Positions 41,572 through 54,946 of a DNA stretch of 64,000 bases are shown piece by piece. The stretch's first letter is position 1, and every line of letters begins with the position of its first letter. This stretch comes from Phoronis australis (lineage: Eukaryota > Animalia > Phoronida): contig NMRA01000089.1 of NCBI GenBank assembly GCA_002633005.1, positions 186,001-250,000 of the forward strand. Reading direction: 5' to 3'. The notes beneath the pieces were generated by a model. It worked only from the letters and a program-made list of their open reading frames with translations, ran no database searches and was not told where the DNA came from. Position numbers and translations under genes: made by a program.

Positions 41572-41890
41572 AATCCTCCAGACTACATCACAATCCTCCA
41601 GACTACATCACTATCCTCCAGACTAGGCCTACATCACAATCCTCCACACTACATCACAATCCTCCAGACTACATCACAATCCTCCAGGCTACATCACAAT
41701 CCTCCAGGCTACATCACAATCCTCCAGGCTACATCACAATCCTCCAGGCTACATCACAATCCTCCAGACTACACCCCAATCCAGACTACATCACAATCCT
41801 CCAGAAAACATCCCAATCCAGACTACATCCCAATCCAGACTACATCACAATCCATACTACATCCCAATCCAGACTATATCACAATCACTC
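41572..41890. repeat. 20-bp minisatellite grading into a 17-bp variant
   Basis: caatcctccagRctacatca units followed by atcccaatccagactac units. This explains ORF 41523..41897. Confidence 0.95.
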
Positions 41891-42464
41891 CAAATAATCT
41901 CCTGAAGCTTGGGTTCTTCAGGTCCTTTCTTTTCTAAACTTATTTTCAAATCCTAAATTTCTGATGTTCCTCATCGTTCTAGACAAATATTTTTGACATC
42001 CTTGTGTTCTTACACTTCCTTTATATCTACTTTTGAACAGTTTCTGTGTAACACCTTACGTCTACTTTTGAAACATTTTCTGTGTTACACCATATATTTA
42101 CTTTTGATATTTATTTTTAAACTGTTCCTTCCTCACACCAAGGGTTTCTTATGGTAAACTTTGCTGCTTCTAAGGGGTGCAAAGTAAGCCGAGCATATTC
42201 AGACCCTTGCTCATGCTTACTTGGACTGGGAAAATATAAAATAAAGTGTAAGCTTCATTATTGAGATACCGCACCAATAACATTTTCTTGGTCCATAACG
42301 AGGTCAAGGTCGCCAAAGTCAACCAAAACCTCAGCCCACAATATCAACAAAACGCAAAGCTTCTTTCTTAAGATAGTGCGCAAACAAGTACATGCCTGCA
42401 ATACGATCCAAAATTGAAGGCTTACTATATCATTATTTTTTAACCTACACACTGGCTTACAATA

Positions 42465-43678
42465 AACAAGAGCAACGTGGAGCGTTGAAATGTGCCCATG
42501 AATGCATCGTAAATGGTGTGCTGTTGGGGTTATTTATTTGAATCATAAAAAAGGCCACTAGATGGTGCAAAAACATACAATACATTCTGACATGCCATAT
42601 TTCATAAAAATCTGTCAAGGAACTTCAGAGAAACAAAGGAAAACAGATCAAATTGAAATTGACACTTGTGGGCACAGTGCCCATTCCATCTGCCTGAAAG
42701 TCATCGTCTGTTATCTTCATATAAATTTACTTACTAAATTTAATAAAGATCCTGCAGTGGGTTTAGGAGATACAGCTCTGGGCGCAAAACAAAACTACCA
42801 CTAGGAGGCGCCACAGTAGTCAATCGTCATAACCAAACATCTTCTTCACACTGAAAACATATACGCCAATTTTCAAAACCAACCCTAGAATGATTTGGTT
42901 GATTGAGGGGTGGACGCCAAAAACAAGATTTGAAAACAGCAAAAAATGGCCACCACGTGGCGCAAAATACCTCGATTCCATCCCAAAACAGGATGATAGC
43001 GTCATCTCACCAATAGATGCCTATATTCAAAATTTTATGATAATCTGTTGAGGACCTTTAAAGATACAGACTGATAAATGTAAAAAACTAAAATTGCCAC
43101 TAGGGGGCACACCACTTGTCAGATCCGTCCGAAAGTCATCGTCATCCATTGTCAACATCATATAAATACACTTGCTAAATTAAGTAAAGATTAATCTACA
43201 AACGGTTTAATAGATACAGCCAAGAGTGCAAAAACAAAAGGAGGCGCCACAGTAGTCAAACTCGTCGGAAAATCAGAAAATCGTCATCAGCCGTCCACTT
43301 CATAGTAAAAACATACATGTAAATTTTCACAATTATCCTGAAAGCGGTTTGGTTGATAGACGAGTGGACGCCAACAGTAAATATGGCCACTAGGTGGCGC
43401 AAACTAGGTAAAATCCATCTGAAAACGGAGAGATGGCGTCATCTCATTAACAGATGCCTGTAAGCCATATTTTATGAAAACACCTTGAGGACTTTTGAAG
43501 ATACAGAGAAAATTGCCACTAGGGGGCACACCGGTAGTTGGATCCGTCCGAAAGATCGCTCATGCCGTCCCATCCACGGAAGGAACACATGTGCAAAATT
43601 TCATGAACATACGTCAAGTCGGACGGACGGAGATGACGGCATAATGCGTCCACATATAAATATGTGGGTGCATAAAAA
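42465..43678 (+). mobile_element. HINE-like element, copy B, with CTCF-motif subrepeats
   Basis: 5' end aacaagagcaac..gagcgttgaaatgtgccca. 3' end has a short ggacggacgg microsatellite, then the hairpin atgcgtccacatat-aa-atatgtgggtgcat and aaaaa. Confidence 0.8.
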
Positions 43679-44637
43679 TGGAAGGCTCATTATATCAATG
43701 TTTTTAACGAACAAACAGGATTACGATCCAAACATTGAAGAGCCATTACATCATTGTTTTTATGTAAACACAAGTTTACAATCCAAAATTTCCATTACAT
43801 CATTTTTATTTTCTAGACTTTGGCCTCTCTAGTGGATGTTTTAAAGTGATAAGAAAAGTAATATCCCGGTATGAAAACTGTTAATTTACTGTAACACTCT
43901 CTGCAAGACATTGATTAGACAATAGGTTCAGTTTACTCTGATGGAGATCTCCAGTATTAGTCTAGAGTTGTTTACTAGAAGTCTATTTATGGTGATATTG
44001 ACTGTCTTTTTAATGAAATTACTTCCCAATCTATTTTCTGGTTATGAACCCTGAGATTTCATTACAGCTCAGTAATTAAACTAGTCAAGAGAACACTGAA
44101 GTCGCAACTGGCGATTCACGTGCAATATATGATGGAACCAATTGAAAGTAGAAGTTACCAAAAATGTTTAGTTTCGCAAACGTCTGATAGGTGTCTCATT
44201 TCAAAGCATCACTTGATATTTCACTTTAAAAAGACTACAGCGATCTGAAATCAGAACTTAAGGATGAAACTTTGCCAGTGTTGAAACTGTTTTTCTTGTA
44301 AAAAAATAAAATTGAAAAAATGCAGAGAAGGTGGCTTCCGTGGCAAAGTTTAAGTTTTTCAGTATTAGAGACTCCACTTCTTTGTTTTTGAAAACAGAGA
44401 AACCTGCTTAAAACTCATTTTTCCAATATGTAAATTAACAAATTCCATTTTTCTATTTCAAATATAAATAGGTAAATAAAACAACAAGAATGGATCAACA
44501 GAAATTTTCGAATGTAATAACGTCCTTTGTCAACAGAAACAGAAATAAAGTAAAATCAAACACTACATGACAATTGACATTTAAGATATGGTGTAATGAA
44601 TATGATACATTTTGCGTAAAAAATTCAATGATATATT

Positions 44638-44730
44638 TTAAGAAGTTTTTATGTTCAATCCATGAGGTTCTATTGTATTGAGCTTATCTATCCAATATTG
44701 TTCTCTTTCTACGTCTTTTTCAAAGTGACA
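44638..44730 (-). mobile_element. Penelope-like retroelement remnant (C-terminus of GIY-YIG endonuclease)
   Basis: Peptide EREQYWIDKLNTIEPHGLNIKTS* matches the conserved RE.YWI..L.T..P.GLN end of Penelope GIY-YIG domains. It is cut off shortly upstream, where HINE copy C starts. Confidence 0.75.
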
Positions 44731-44785
44731 TAATGACATGGGAAATGCCTGGCATTTTCTGATTAAGTATGCCACAGAAATGTTT

Positions 44786-46436
44786 AACAAGAGCAACACG
44801 GAGCGTTGAAATGCGCCCACGAATATACTGCAAACGGTGTGCTTATAGGGTGATTTATATCATAAAAATGGCAACTAGATAGTGCAAAATACTTCAAATC
44901 CACCAAAAAAAAAAACTGGAAAATGTTGCCGTTTCTTAACAGAAAGCTATTTACCACATTTCATGAAAATCCATCAAGTAACTTTAGCAAAACGGAAAAA
45001 ATGAAATTGCCACTAGGGGACAAAGCATTCATCGGATTCGTCTGAAAGTTGTCATCTTCCATTGTCAACGTCATATAAATACATTTGCTAAATTTAATAA
45101 ACATTCTGCAGAAGGCTTAGGAGATACCGCTAAGGGCGAAAAAAAATGCCACTAGGAGGCGCCACAGTAATTGAACCCGGAAAATCATTGTCAACCGTCC
45201 TTTTCACACTAACAGTCGGACCCGTCTGAAAGTCGTCGTCTTCTGTTGTTAACTTCATATAAATACACAAGCTAAATTTAATAAAGATCCTGCAGAGGGC
45301 TTAGGAGATACAGGTACACCTGGGGGCAAAACAAAAACAAAACTGCCACTAGGAGGCACCACATTAGCCAAAGTCATCGGAAAAAACACCATCAGTTGCC
45401 CTCTTTATAGTAAGTACATGCCAATTTTCACAATCATCCTTTGATAGCTTTGGTTGATGGAGGGCTGGACTCCAACAGTAAAAATGGCCAGTAGGCAGTG
45501 GCAGATTTAGAGGGGGGCCAAGGGGGCCATGGCCCCCCTAAAATTCTCCCAGATTCCATTTGGCAGTTTGGGGGTGCAAAAGTCTAACGGGCAAAATCCT
45601 GGTTAATACTCTGCCCTGGCCCCCCCTAACTCAAAATCCTGGATCCGCCCCTGCTAGGTGGCGCAAAATACCTCGAATCCATCCGAAAACGAGAGGATAG
45701 CGTCACCTCATTAATAGATGCCTATGTGCCAAATTTTATGGAAATCCATCATGAACCTTTAAAGATAGAGGTAAACATAAAAAAACAAAATTGCCACTAG
45801 GGGGCACACCTGTAGTCAGATCTGTCCAAAAGTCGTCGTCATCCATTGTCAACTTCATATAAACATATCTGCTGTATTGAACAAAGATCCTGTAGAGCGT
45901 TTAGAAGATACAGCCATAGACGCAAAAACAAACAAAATTGCCACTAGGAGACGCTACAGTAGTCGAAGTCGTCGGAAAATCGTCGTCAACTGTCCTCTTT
46001 ATAGTAAGAACATACATGCCAATTTTCGCAATCATCCTTAGAGTGGTTTGGTTGACCGAGGGGCGGACGCCAAAAAAACGACTTGAAAATACTAAAAATA
46101 GCCACTAGATGGCGCAAAATACCTCAAATCCATCTGAAAACGAAAGGATAGCGTCACCTCATTAATAGATGTCTATGTGCCAAATTTCATGAAAATCGGT
46201 TGAGTACCTTTGAAGATAGTACAGAGGCAAACGTAAAACTAAAATTGCCACTGAGGGGCACAGCGATATTCGGGTCGGTCTGAAACTCATGGCCCTCTGT
46301 CGTCAACCCCATAGGAACACACCTGCCAAATTTCAATAAGACCCTGCCAGAAGTTTAGGAGATACAGCCGCGGACGACGGACATCCTGACGCCCAGACAG
46401 AGATGACGGCAACATAAATATGTGAGCGCATAAAAA
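44786..46436 (+). mobile_element. HINE-like element, copy C, with CTCF-motif subrepeats and a nested MITE
   Basis: 5' end aacaagagcaacacggagcgttgaaatgcgcccac. 3' end gacagagatgacggc..acataaatatgtgagcgcataaaaa. Confidence 0.8.
45496..45653. mobile_element. ~158-bp TIR MITE (hAT/Tip100-like ends, ~5-bp TSD)
   Basis: TIRs cagtggcagattt / ggatccgcccctg, with flanks gtagg / ctagg. Close homologue in opposite orientation at 62919-63075. Confidence 0.85.
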
Positions 46437-49134
46437 TGCCATTGAAGTCAACGGTTTTTTTTCATTTCATCTAAAAGACAGCCCATAAAAGAATACAGGA
46501 GCCTGACCACATAACAGCAACAGTTGATCATGCAGGTATTTATGATGATTTTGCTAATTAGGTCATGAACTACTTATTCACTCAGTCAAATTGATGTGCT
46601 TTCATGAAATGCCTAAAATTTATTGATTTACCAGATTGCAGTCTGTTGTTAGCTTCATACGAACACATACGCTATATTTTTACAAAGAATTCCTCCAAAA
46701 GATTAAGAAGATGCAGCACCAACACAAAAAAACAATATCGCCACTAGAGGGCATCAGTTATCAAACCAGTCCAAAAATTTAGGATTTACTAGGTCAAGAA
46801 CACGCAAGTGTCCATTCAGCAGTCGTTAGGTTCAGCAGTGAACGGGCAAGCCATCAAAAGAAGTGACTGCTCATTCCGTCAAGAGCTATGAACATCCTAC
46901 CACAACAGTACAGCATACCTGAATGGTTCGTCCACAGTCAGCTAGGTGGCGGTAGGTACATCTTACCACATCAATACATCACACCTTATGGTTTGTCCAC
47001 ATTGGATGCTCCACTCTCAGCTAGGGACAGTGATTAACTGAAGTGATATTTGCCACCAGTCTCATCCGTCTATTTCAACTGGAAAAGGCAAAAGACACCA
47101 TAAGTTTCCTCCTATTTTCCATTTAAAACTTTAAAACACACTTTCCTTCATTTTCACTATTTTTGAAAACATCAAAAGTTTCATCAACGAAACGTTACCA
47201 CTAAAATAACTACACATCGGAAATTACAGCCTTGTGTGTATTTGCATTTCATCATAAGGTTTTAATAGTAAAACTGCAAGTACAAAGGTACAACAACAAA
47301 GCTAAAATAAAAAGACTTGATTCAAGCAGATTCCTTTGGTGAATTTTAAATTAGCGGAAAAGGCAAAAAACCTATAACAAACAGCAAGGTTTCACAATAC
47401 AAACACTGAACGCACCACTTGGAGTAAAACATTTTTTCACCAAACACAGAGTTGACAAATGAAAATGGGGAAATTTCTTGGCACTACAATTTAGCCAAAT
47501 GGTGTGAATGCACTGAGAACAAAACAAGTCATCGCCAAGACTATAACTGCTGAATCACCACAAAAGGTTACAGCAGAAGTCCTGTGCCAATGTAATAACA
47601 GCGCTACAATCCATTAATTAATGAAAGAGCACCCAAGACACAAACAAATCTATGCCAAAAGCGAATGTTGAGACCACAAACAATCAGAATTCAATATTGT
47701 TACTTAAGACAGGGTGAGCAGTTACATATCTAGAATAATTAAAACACGGGGTAGCTACACAAATCAATTAGCGTAGTATTCAAGTGTTCTCACCAGCCTA
47801 AGAGTGATGGCCTTCCGTGATCAAATATTGAGGCTCTACTCAGTCAATGACTCTCAAGTTTGGTCAACCCGCTCAAACTTTGAATCCCCCCATACTCACA
47901 TGGTATTATTACTCTGTGTGTACCAGGCAGCGGATGTTGATCTACATTTTACAACCTTACTTAAAAGTTGAAAATAGAGTTACAGACAGCAATTTCCCCA
48001 CCAGATGTTTCGTGAGAGTTGCACACATAATAATGTTCCTCAGTTTATGTGAGGAAAACTCAAGAAGGGGAATTGCATTAAAATTTTACTATCAATTTCA
48101 GACAAAAATAATTGTCAAACTTGCCTCTTCTCATTTTTTAAGGTCTTCTAACACTGTTGTGGATGTCTAAAGTTTTTAAAAATATTTTCTTATGAAAGCT
48201 ATGGTACTTAACTTGAACATGGTAAAGCAATAATTTGATGCCACATATCTTTTATGAAAAAAATTAAAAATACAATTCCACTCATCCATCATATTAAGTC
48301 CTAATCACAGAATAACATGGGATGATACACGGAATTTGATAAGAAGTTTAGGAGGAATTCAATTATTTTTGATTTCCTTCTTGTTTGTCAAAAAATTCAT
48401 TTTTTCTCTAATACATAGTTAATTTACCACTAGTACCAATTTTAACCACAAAACTGTTAATACAATAAGATTCTAACTATGAATGATCCTGAGCTGTTTA
48501 TGTTCAATATCTCAATAATACTCTACAAAAGATAAAAAGTTACAGCTTTTTATGAACCTAATGCCAAATTGTAAACTCAACTTATGTCACGTTAAACATG
48601 CATCACACAAGCACTTCATCAGATTTTATATTCATAGGAAAAAGGTCACTCAGTGCATAAATTTTTAGCTTTTGAGTCAATAGGAGCATAATCTTTGGAT
48701 ACTTTGACTTGTATCATATTACATCAGCTGCGGATATATGTCCCATACTCAGTCAGCAATTTTTATTTTAAAATTCAGAGCTGGCTTGAAATTCTAAATG
48801 ATCTCTCCTAGTTTTAAGGATATACCGGTATTTTTCAACTCCAGTTCAAACAGATCCAATAATCTAGATGTTACAGGTCGAAGGTCACTTTTTGCAAACA
48901 TAAAATTGAACTATAGATACCGTACTTATAATTGGTACATCAAAACAAGTTTCGATCACAAACTTTGAGGTCATCTGGTGCATTTATGGTGTCATTGGTG
49001 TATTTTTCCTCTCAAATCTTTATCGTTTCCTATTTTAGTACGTCAACAGTTAGAATTATGTGATTCTCAGCATTGTGCATACTTTTTATTTAATTTAATT
49101 TTTTGTTCAGCTATGATTCATAATGCACCAGAAG

Positions 49135-51450
49135 GGTCAATTGGTGCAAGGGTCATCAAATTTTCAAAATGTCAGCTCTCTTCTGTCACGTTGCTACAAG
49201 GTGTGAACATACACTGCTCATCCCCGCTATCAACATCGTCACGAACATGTGCCAAAGTGCAACTCATTGGCAATTTACCATTACAGTTGTCACGTGATAA
49301 TCTCGACTCGCTTGGTCATTCGATACGAAGTTCGTCTATTTCTCCGTGTGATGTCATCATGAATATTACCACACTCAGTCACATTAGAACACTGTTGAGA
49401 TCTAAACTAGTTGTCCAAAGTAGGGAAAAATACAGTAGTAATCTGAGTAAACTTTTGGGACTTGAAATGGGGAACTCGAAACTGGGGGTGGGCATTCAGC
49501 TGAATATGGGCGTTTAAATTTTTTAGCAGTCTAGGTTGGCATTTGCCCAACAACTTTCTAGTAAATGGGCACAAGAGTAAAATTAATCATAAATCACTAC
49601 TCAAACTATCGAGGACAGTATAGGTATTTTCTGCCCAAATAAATAAGAGTGTCAATGAAACTTTTGCAAGTTTTGTACATTTTGGGAGCAAAAAATTGCA
49701 GAGGCAGGCATTAACAAAGACGCCAAGTGCTTTCCAGGAAGTCTCATCAAAAGACAATTAGAGGAGTCCCGCAGTTTGAGAAGCAGTTTGATGCCTGTTA
49801 TCGATTGGGAAAGTTGGTTCTTAAAAAGTGGGAGCCCGTTTTACTTTCTGAAGTCACATAAAGTGGGGTGAACATTAACAAATACGCAGGTGCTTTCGTG
49901 GAACTCAGGTGAGCAGTTACATAGACCAGGATGTACATAAAGCCGAGCATCTGCATCTGAAAGTGAAAATTTGGGTATTTGGTGGAAGACGGGCATTTGC
50001 CATGACAATTACAGATGTTATTACAGAGTTGAAATTTAATCAGAAATCATGTCCATGAGGTTCTTACTGAAAAATGCGACCTTTAAGTAAAATGTGCAGT
50101 CTAAAAAACAAAGAAATTGGTTGGGACGGAAAAAATTTTAGATACAAGAGCTAGAGGGTGTCAGAAAGTGCTACACAAAAAGGACGTCTTCTACCAAGGT
50201 TTGACATTGTTGAAAAACATCATGAAAGTATATTTCCTGTACAGATGTCTGCACACATTGCGCCCACACTAATCAAATTTGGCATTTTGTACTTGTGATT
50301 CGATNGGTCAACTGGTGCAAGGGTCATCAAATTTTCAAAATGTCAGCTCTCTTCTGTCACGTTGCTACAAGGTGTGAACATACACTGCTCATCCCCGCTA
50401 TCAACATCGTCACGAACATGTGCCGAATTGCAACTCATTGGCAATTTACCATTATAGTTGTCACGTGATAATCTCGACTCGCTTGGTCATTCGATACGAA
50501 GTTCGTCTATTTCTCCGTGTGATGTCACATTAGAACACTGTTGAGATCTAAACTAGTTGTCCAAAGTAGGGAAAAATACAGTAGTAATCTGAGTAAACTT
50601 TTGGGAATTGAAGTGGGGAACTCGAAACTGGGGGTGGGCATTCAGCTGAATATGGGAGTTTAAATTTTTTAGCAGTGAAGGTTGGCATTTGCCCAACAAC
50701 TTTCTAGTAAATGGGCACAAGAGTAAAATAAATCATAAATCACTACTCAAACTACCGAGGACAGTATAGGTATGTTCTGCACAAATAAGTAAGAGGGTCA
50801 ATGAAACTTTTGCAAGTTTTGTACATTTTGGGAGCAAAAAATTGCAGATGCAGGCATTAACAAAGACGCCAAGTGCTTTCAAGGAAGTCTCACCAAAAGA
50901 CAATTAGAGGAGTCCCGCAGTTTGAGAAGCAGTTTGATGCCTGTTATCGATTGGGAAAGTTGGTTCTTAAAAGGTGGGAGCCCGTTTTACTTTCTGAAGT
51001 CACATAAAGTGGGGTGAACATTAACAAATACGCAGGTGCTTTCGTGGAACTCAGGTGAGCAGTTACATAGACCAGGATGTACATAAAGCCGAGCATCTGC
51101 ATCTGAAAGTGAAAATTTGGGTATTTGGTGGAAGACGGGCATTTGCCATGACAATTACAGATGTTATTACAGAGTTGAAATTTAATCAGAAATCATGTCC
51201 ATGAGGTTCTTACTGAAAAATGCGACATTTAAGTAAAATGTGCAGTCTAAAAAACAAAGAAATTGGTTGGGACGGAAAAAATTTTAGATACAAGAGCTAG
51301 AGGGTGTCAGAAAGTGCTACACAAAAAGGACGTCTTCTACCAAGGTTTGACATTGTTGAAAAACATCATGAAAGTATATTTCCTGTACAGATGTCTGCAC
51401 ACATTGCGCCCACACTAATCAAATTTGGCATTTTGTACTTGTGATTCGAT
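49135..51450. repeat. ~1.17-kb near-identical tandem duplication joined at an N (probable assembly artefact)
   Basis: Copy 1 spans 49135-50304 and copy 2 spans 50306-51450, with N at 50305. They differ by scattered SNPs and a 25-nt indel. Confidence 0.9.
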
Positions 51451-52599
51451 TCAGTTGTGAATCTTAACTCACCTCTCTGGGCTCACCCTTGATAAACGTG
51501 CAACATTCAGTAATTAATATCTCCAGTGGGTTTACTTTTCCATGATTACATAATTATTATGAGAGACATCACATGGTAATGTCTTACCGTTTTTAAACTT
51601 TTTTCGTTATATAATTGTTACCTGGGAGACATTACACAATCTCTTTTAATGAACACACGCTTCCACGGGGGGAGGGGTTCTCCTATAAAAGGGGTTGGTA
51701 GAGGTGGATGCCAAATCAGGTGGATGTTTCGTGTTATTTGCCATTGTCTCAATAGGATATATTGGTTTGTGTTATCATCTCACATAATACCAGATGTACA
51801 GGATAGACTTTACCATATGGTATGGTGATGGTGAACTTGACCATGGAACTGAAAATGGTGTTCCCTTAAAAAAAGGAAAAAATCTCATTTGATTTCACTG
51901 AGATTCTAATGAGACTCACTTAAGGAGTCATTTGAGTCAGAAATACTTGCGAGTGAATACCACTTGTGAGTGAAACTGAGGAGTCTACTATTCTTACTGG
52001 AGTGCAAGCATTATACAGACTTAATTTTGAGTGAGAATTCACTGAGAATTTGGACTTGCAAGAAATGCTTATTCCATTTTAGAAGTTTGTGGGAAAACTT
52101 CAGACAAACCAGATTATCTAGAGAATCGGATAACATCAGCAGCCTGTGGCCTCCAGAGATGATGTAGATTGCCTAAAATTGTGTGCTTTCCTTGATCACT
52201 GCGGCAAATTTCCTAGAGCGTGACCAGTAGAGTTGCCCAATTTTTTAGTATACTTTTCATATTTTCAAATTTTAATTGTAACAGCACCCTAACCAATGAT
52301 GGTGGAACAGTGGAGTCTGCCTTATAGATATGGGCATGTCTGTTTCTTAACTTGAAGAGTATCTTGTGGCTAAAATCAGTCTACAGATGGAACAGCCCGT
52401 TTCAGTCACAAAATCAAGGCAGAAAATCTGTTAGTAACTCGAAGCCAAAAAAAAAAATCCATAGCCCGCTCGAGAGTAGATGCCACGTGCCACTTCTACT
52501 TAGCAGCAGAAAGCAGAATCAGTGGCACTTAAGCTTGAGCGCTGACTAAGAGACTTTTTACGTCATTGTGAATAATATGCTTACAAGGAACTCACGAAT

Positions 52600-53770
52600 T
52601 TCTAAAGATATGCTGGAATTTTCACTGCTCGTCCTTCTGAGCGGCTTTTACCAGGATCAAAGAGAGCATTGTGCTAGAGTCCTACAGTTGTGATGACTGC
52701 ATTAGCAAGACCCAATTAAGTGTAATTATTCGGCCATAAATTGTAGTAAACATCTCTGCCTGTACATACTGGCAATTTAAAAATGCGTTAACCAGTAATT
52801 TTCGTTAAAAACAAACACCACAGCGTTATTCAGCTGAAACAAACAACCACATATAGTTTTTGATTTTTAAAAATCGATGAATAAGCTAGAAAACTACAAA
52901 CATGGGGTACGATTGAAGATATAAACAACCGTGCGGATTGATATATTTGGTGGATTTACAAACGCTGATCAGCGTTTACGATGTCACATGGATTATTGTT
53001 TTAATATTCTTTCAATCTCGTTTAACCAGATTTTTGACTCGGAAACAGTCGTACTTAACTTGTGCCCACTCTTTATATTTTATGACAGACAAAAAGCTAG
53101 AGTAGTTATGGAGTCAGTGCAACCAAAATTGTTCAGAGATTCCAAATCTTCAGTTTGGCTACCACCATATTTGCACTTTTGTATATATTTTGTGATTCAA
53201 GTTCTAAAGATTAAATTTGAATTATTAACAGGTGTAGTTTTGCTGTGAAATGTTTCGAGTAGCTATAATCTGGAAAGTTCAGGGATGGGTTCACAATTAA
53301 CTAAACTAATTAAGTTTTGCTGGCAACCAAAATCTACCATTGTTTCGGTACTTCAAGGTAAAAAAAATTAAAATAAAAAGATACCAACCCGTTCCCCGTA
53401 AGAAAAAAAAAACAAGTAGACAGGTGTAATAAAAATAAAATAACGAAAACCGGTATGAAACATATCTAAAACATTGTTCCTTCGGGAAGTGGCCCTTTTT
53501 AGTCTTTTTGTAATATTTAAAATGTACCAAGTTAAAACACAGTAGCAAAATGCAGGCTGCAACTCTGTGCAAACTGAATGCCAAGGAAAACCAATTTGCA
53601 TGGGTGTAATAACAACCACCATTGTTGAGACAGTAATGCTAGCTATTACCTTTCCATTTCATGAGCTCAGATTTACATCATTACTAAGAGGGTGCTGAAT
53701 AAGCATCGTAAAAGTTGTCTGGGGCAAAGGGAATCTGAGTGGTGATCAGTGTAAGCGAGAAATTCTCCAC
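52600..53770 (+). repeat. left arm of ~1.2-kb diverged inverted repeat
   Basis: Colinear blocks match the reverse complement of 58665-59820 (e.g. gttgtctggggcaaagg, cccaattaagtgtaatta, ccttctgagc..gatcaaagagagcat). Confidence 0.8.
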
Positions 53771-54946
53771 ATTTGTTGGTACCCTAGACTGCCGGGATAG
53801 AGGTCCCTGGTTTTTCACCGATGTCAAAACCAGGAAACGACATCGTGTGACGCCAATACCGACTTGAAGTACGGTACGTGTTCCTCAGTCAATTTTTAAA
53901 CTCGGCAAGCAACTCGGCGGATCAACTGGTCGGCCAAATAAACTCACCATAGACTCATAGAGGATTCGCGAGACACTAACACCCTGTAGTGAACGTGGTA
54001 CGGTAGGATGTCAACTCATTGTAAATAACCCCACGTGCTCTCCTGAATGGAATATTCCATTATGTCAATGGGTGAAGGTAACAGCATGTTCAATGGGGGG
54101 GGGGGGGGCTNGGGGCTATTGAGACTACATGATTACCCGGGTACGTGCTAAATGTGTACCTTTCTAGAGTAAACACTGAGACCTCTGTCCCCCATTACAA
54201 ATTAAATTCAGAGAACAACGGGGCAGAGTTCAGCAACCCTAGGACCTAAGCGTGCTAAAGCCTCGCTAAAACTCTAGCCAAAATCGAGCGTTCTCATTTA
54301 AAATATTTCTCATTCAAAATATTCGGCAATATCTCACGTATTCTCGCGAAGTCTTGCTTTTTAGCGTCCAAGCGTTACTGAACTCTACTCAGCCATTTCA
54401 CGGATTTTGGTCTAAATTAACATTAAGTAAGTCATATGGTAATACGGCGTTAGAAAAAAATCTCAAAATCTCTGTACGTCATCAACTTTGCAACACGTAT
54501 TCAGTTGACACACATCTAACAACCTTGAGATTTTATTTTCGCCCAGTGTTGTACATCCATGTTAGTACATCGAGGCTAAAATTCTTCAGTCATGTTCACT
54601 ATATAATCATCATCTCCCACCATCTTGATTCACCCACATCACTTCAAAGTTATATTCAAACGAGAAACGTTTTTCACGTTTTATGTCTAAAACGGTCCCT
54701 TTAATTCCGCCACCTCATGGCCTACAGTACATCAGAACATTCAGTGATCGCAGAATTCCAAACCATTACACTCAGTAATAATTCTACTAGTTTACAGTTG
54801 TTCCTCCGTGTCAGCATTTGTGTTATTTTTACCAAATTACAAAACAACACACAAAAATTACAAGAGCTATTTGATTCGGAAAACTGGTCATAGGACCTAA
54901 GGCGCATCCAGAGCGATGAAAACTTGGCAGTATTGGTTCCTAGCCG

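Noticed and set aside
41523-41897. 124-aa repetitive ORF
   Set aside because: Product of the 20-bp minisatellite. The unit is not a multiple of 3 and no splice or homology support was seen.
48978-49517. 179-aa ORF
   Set aside because: No recognisable domain, non-ATG start, and the second copy has a 25-nt frameshifting indel.
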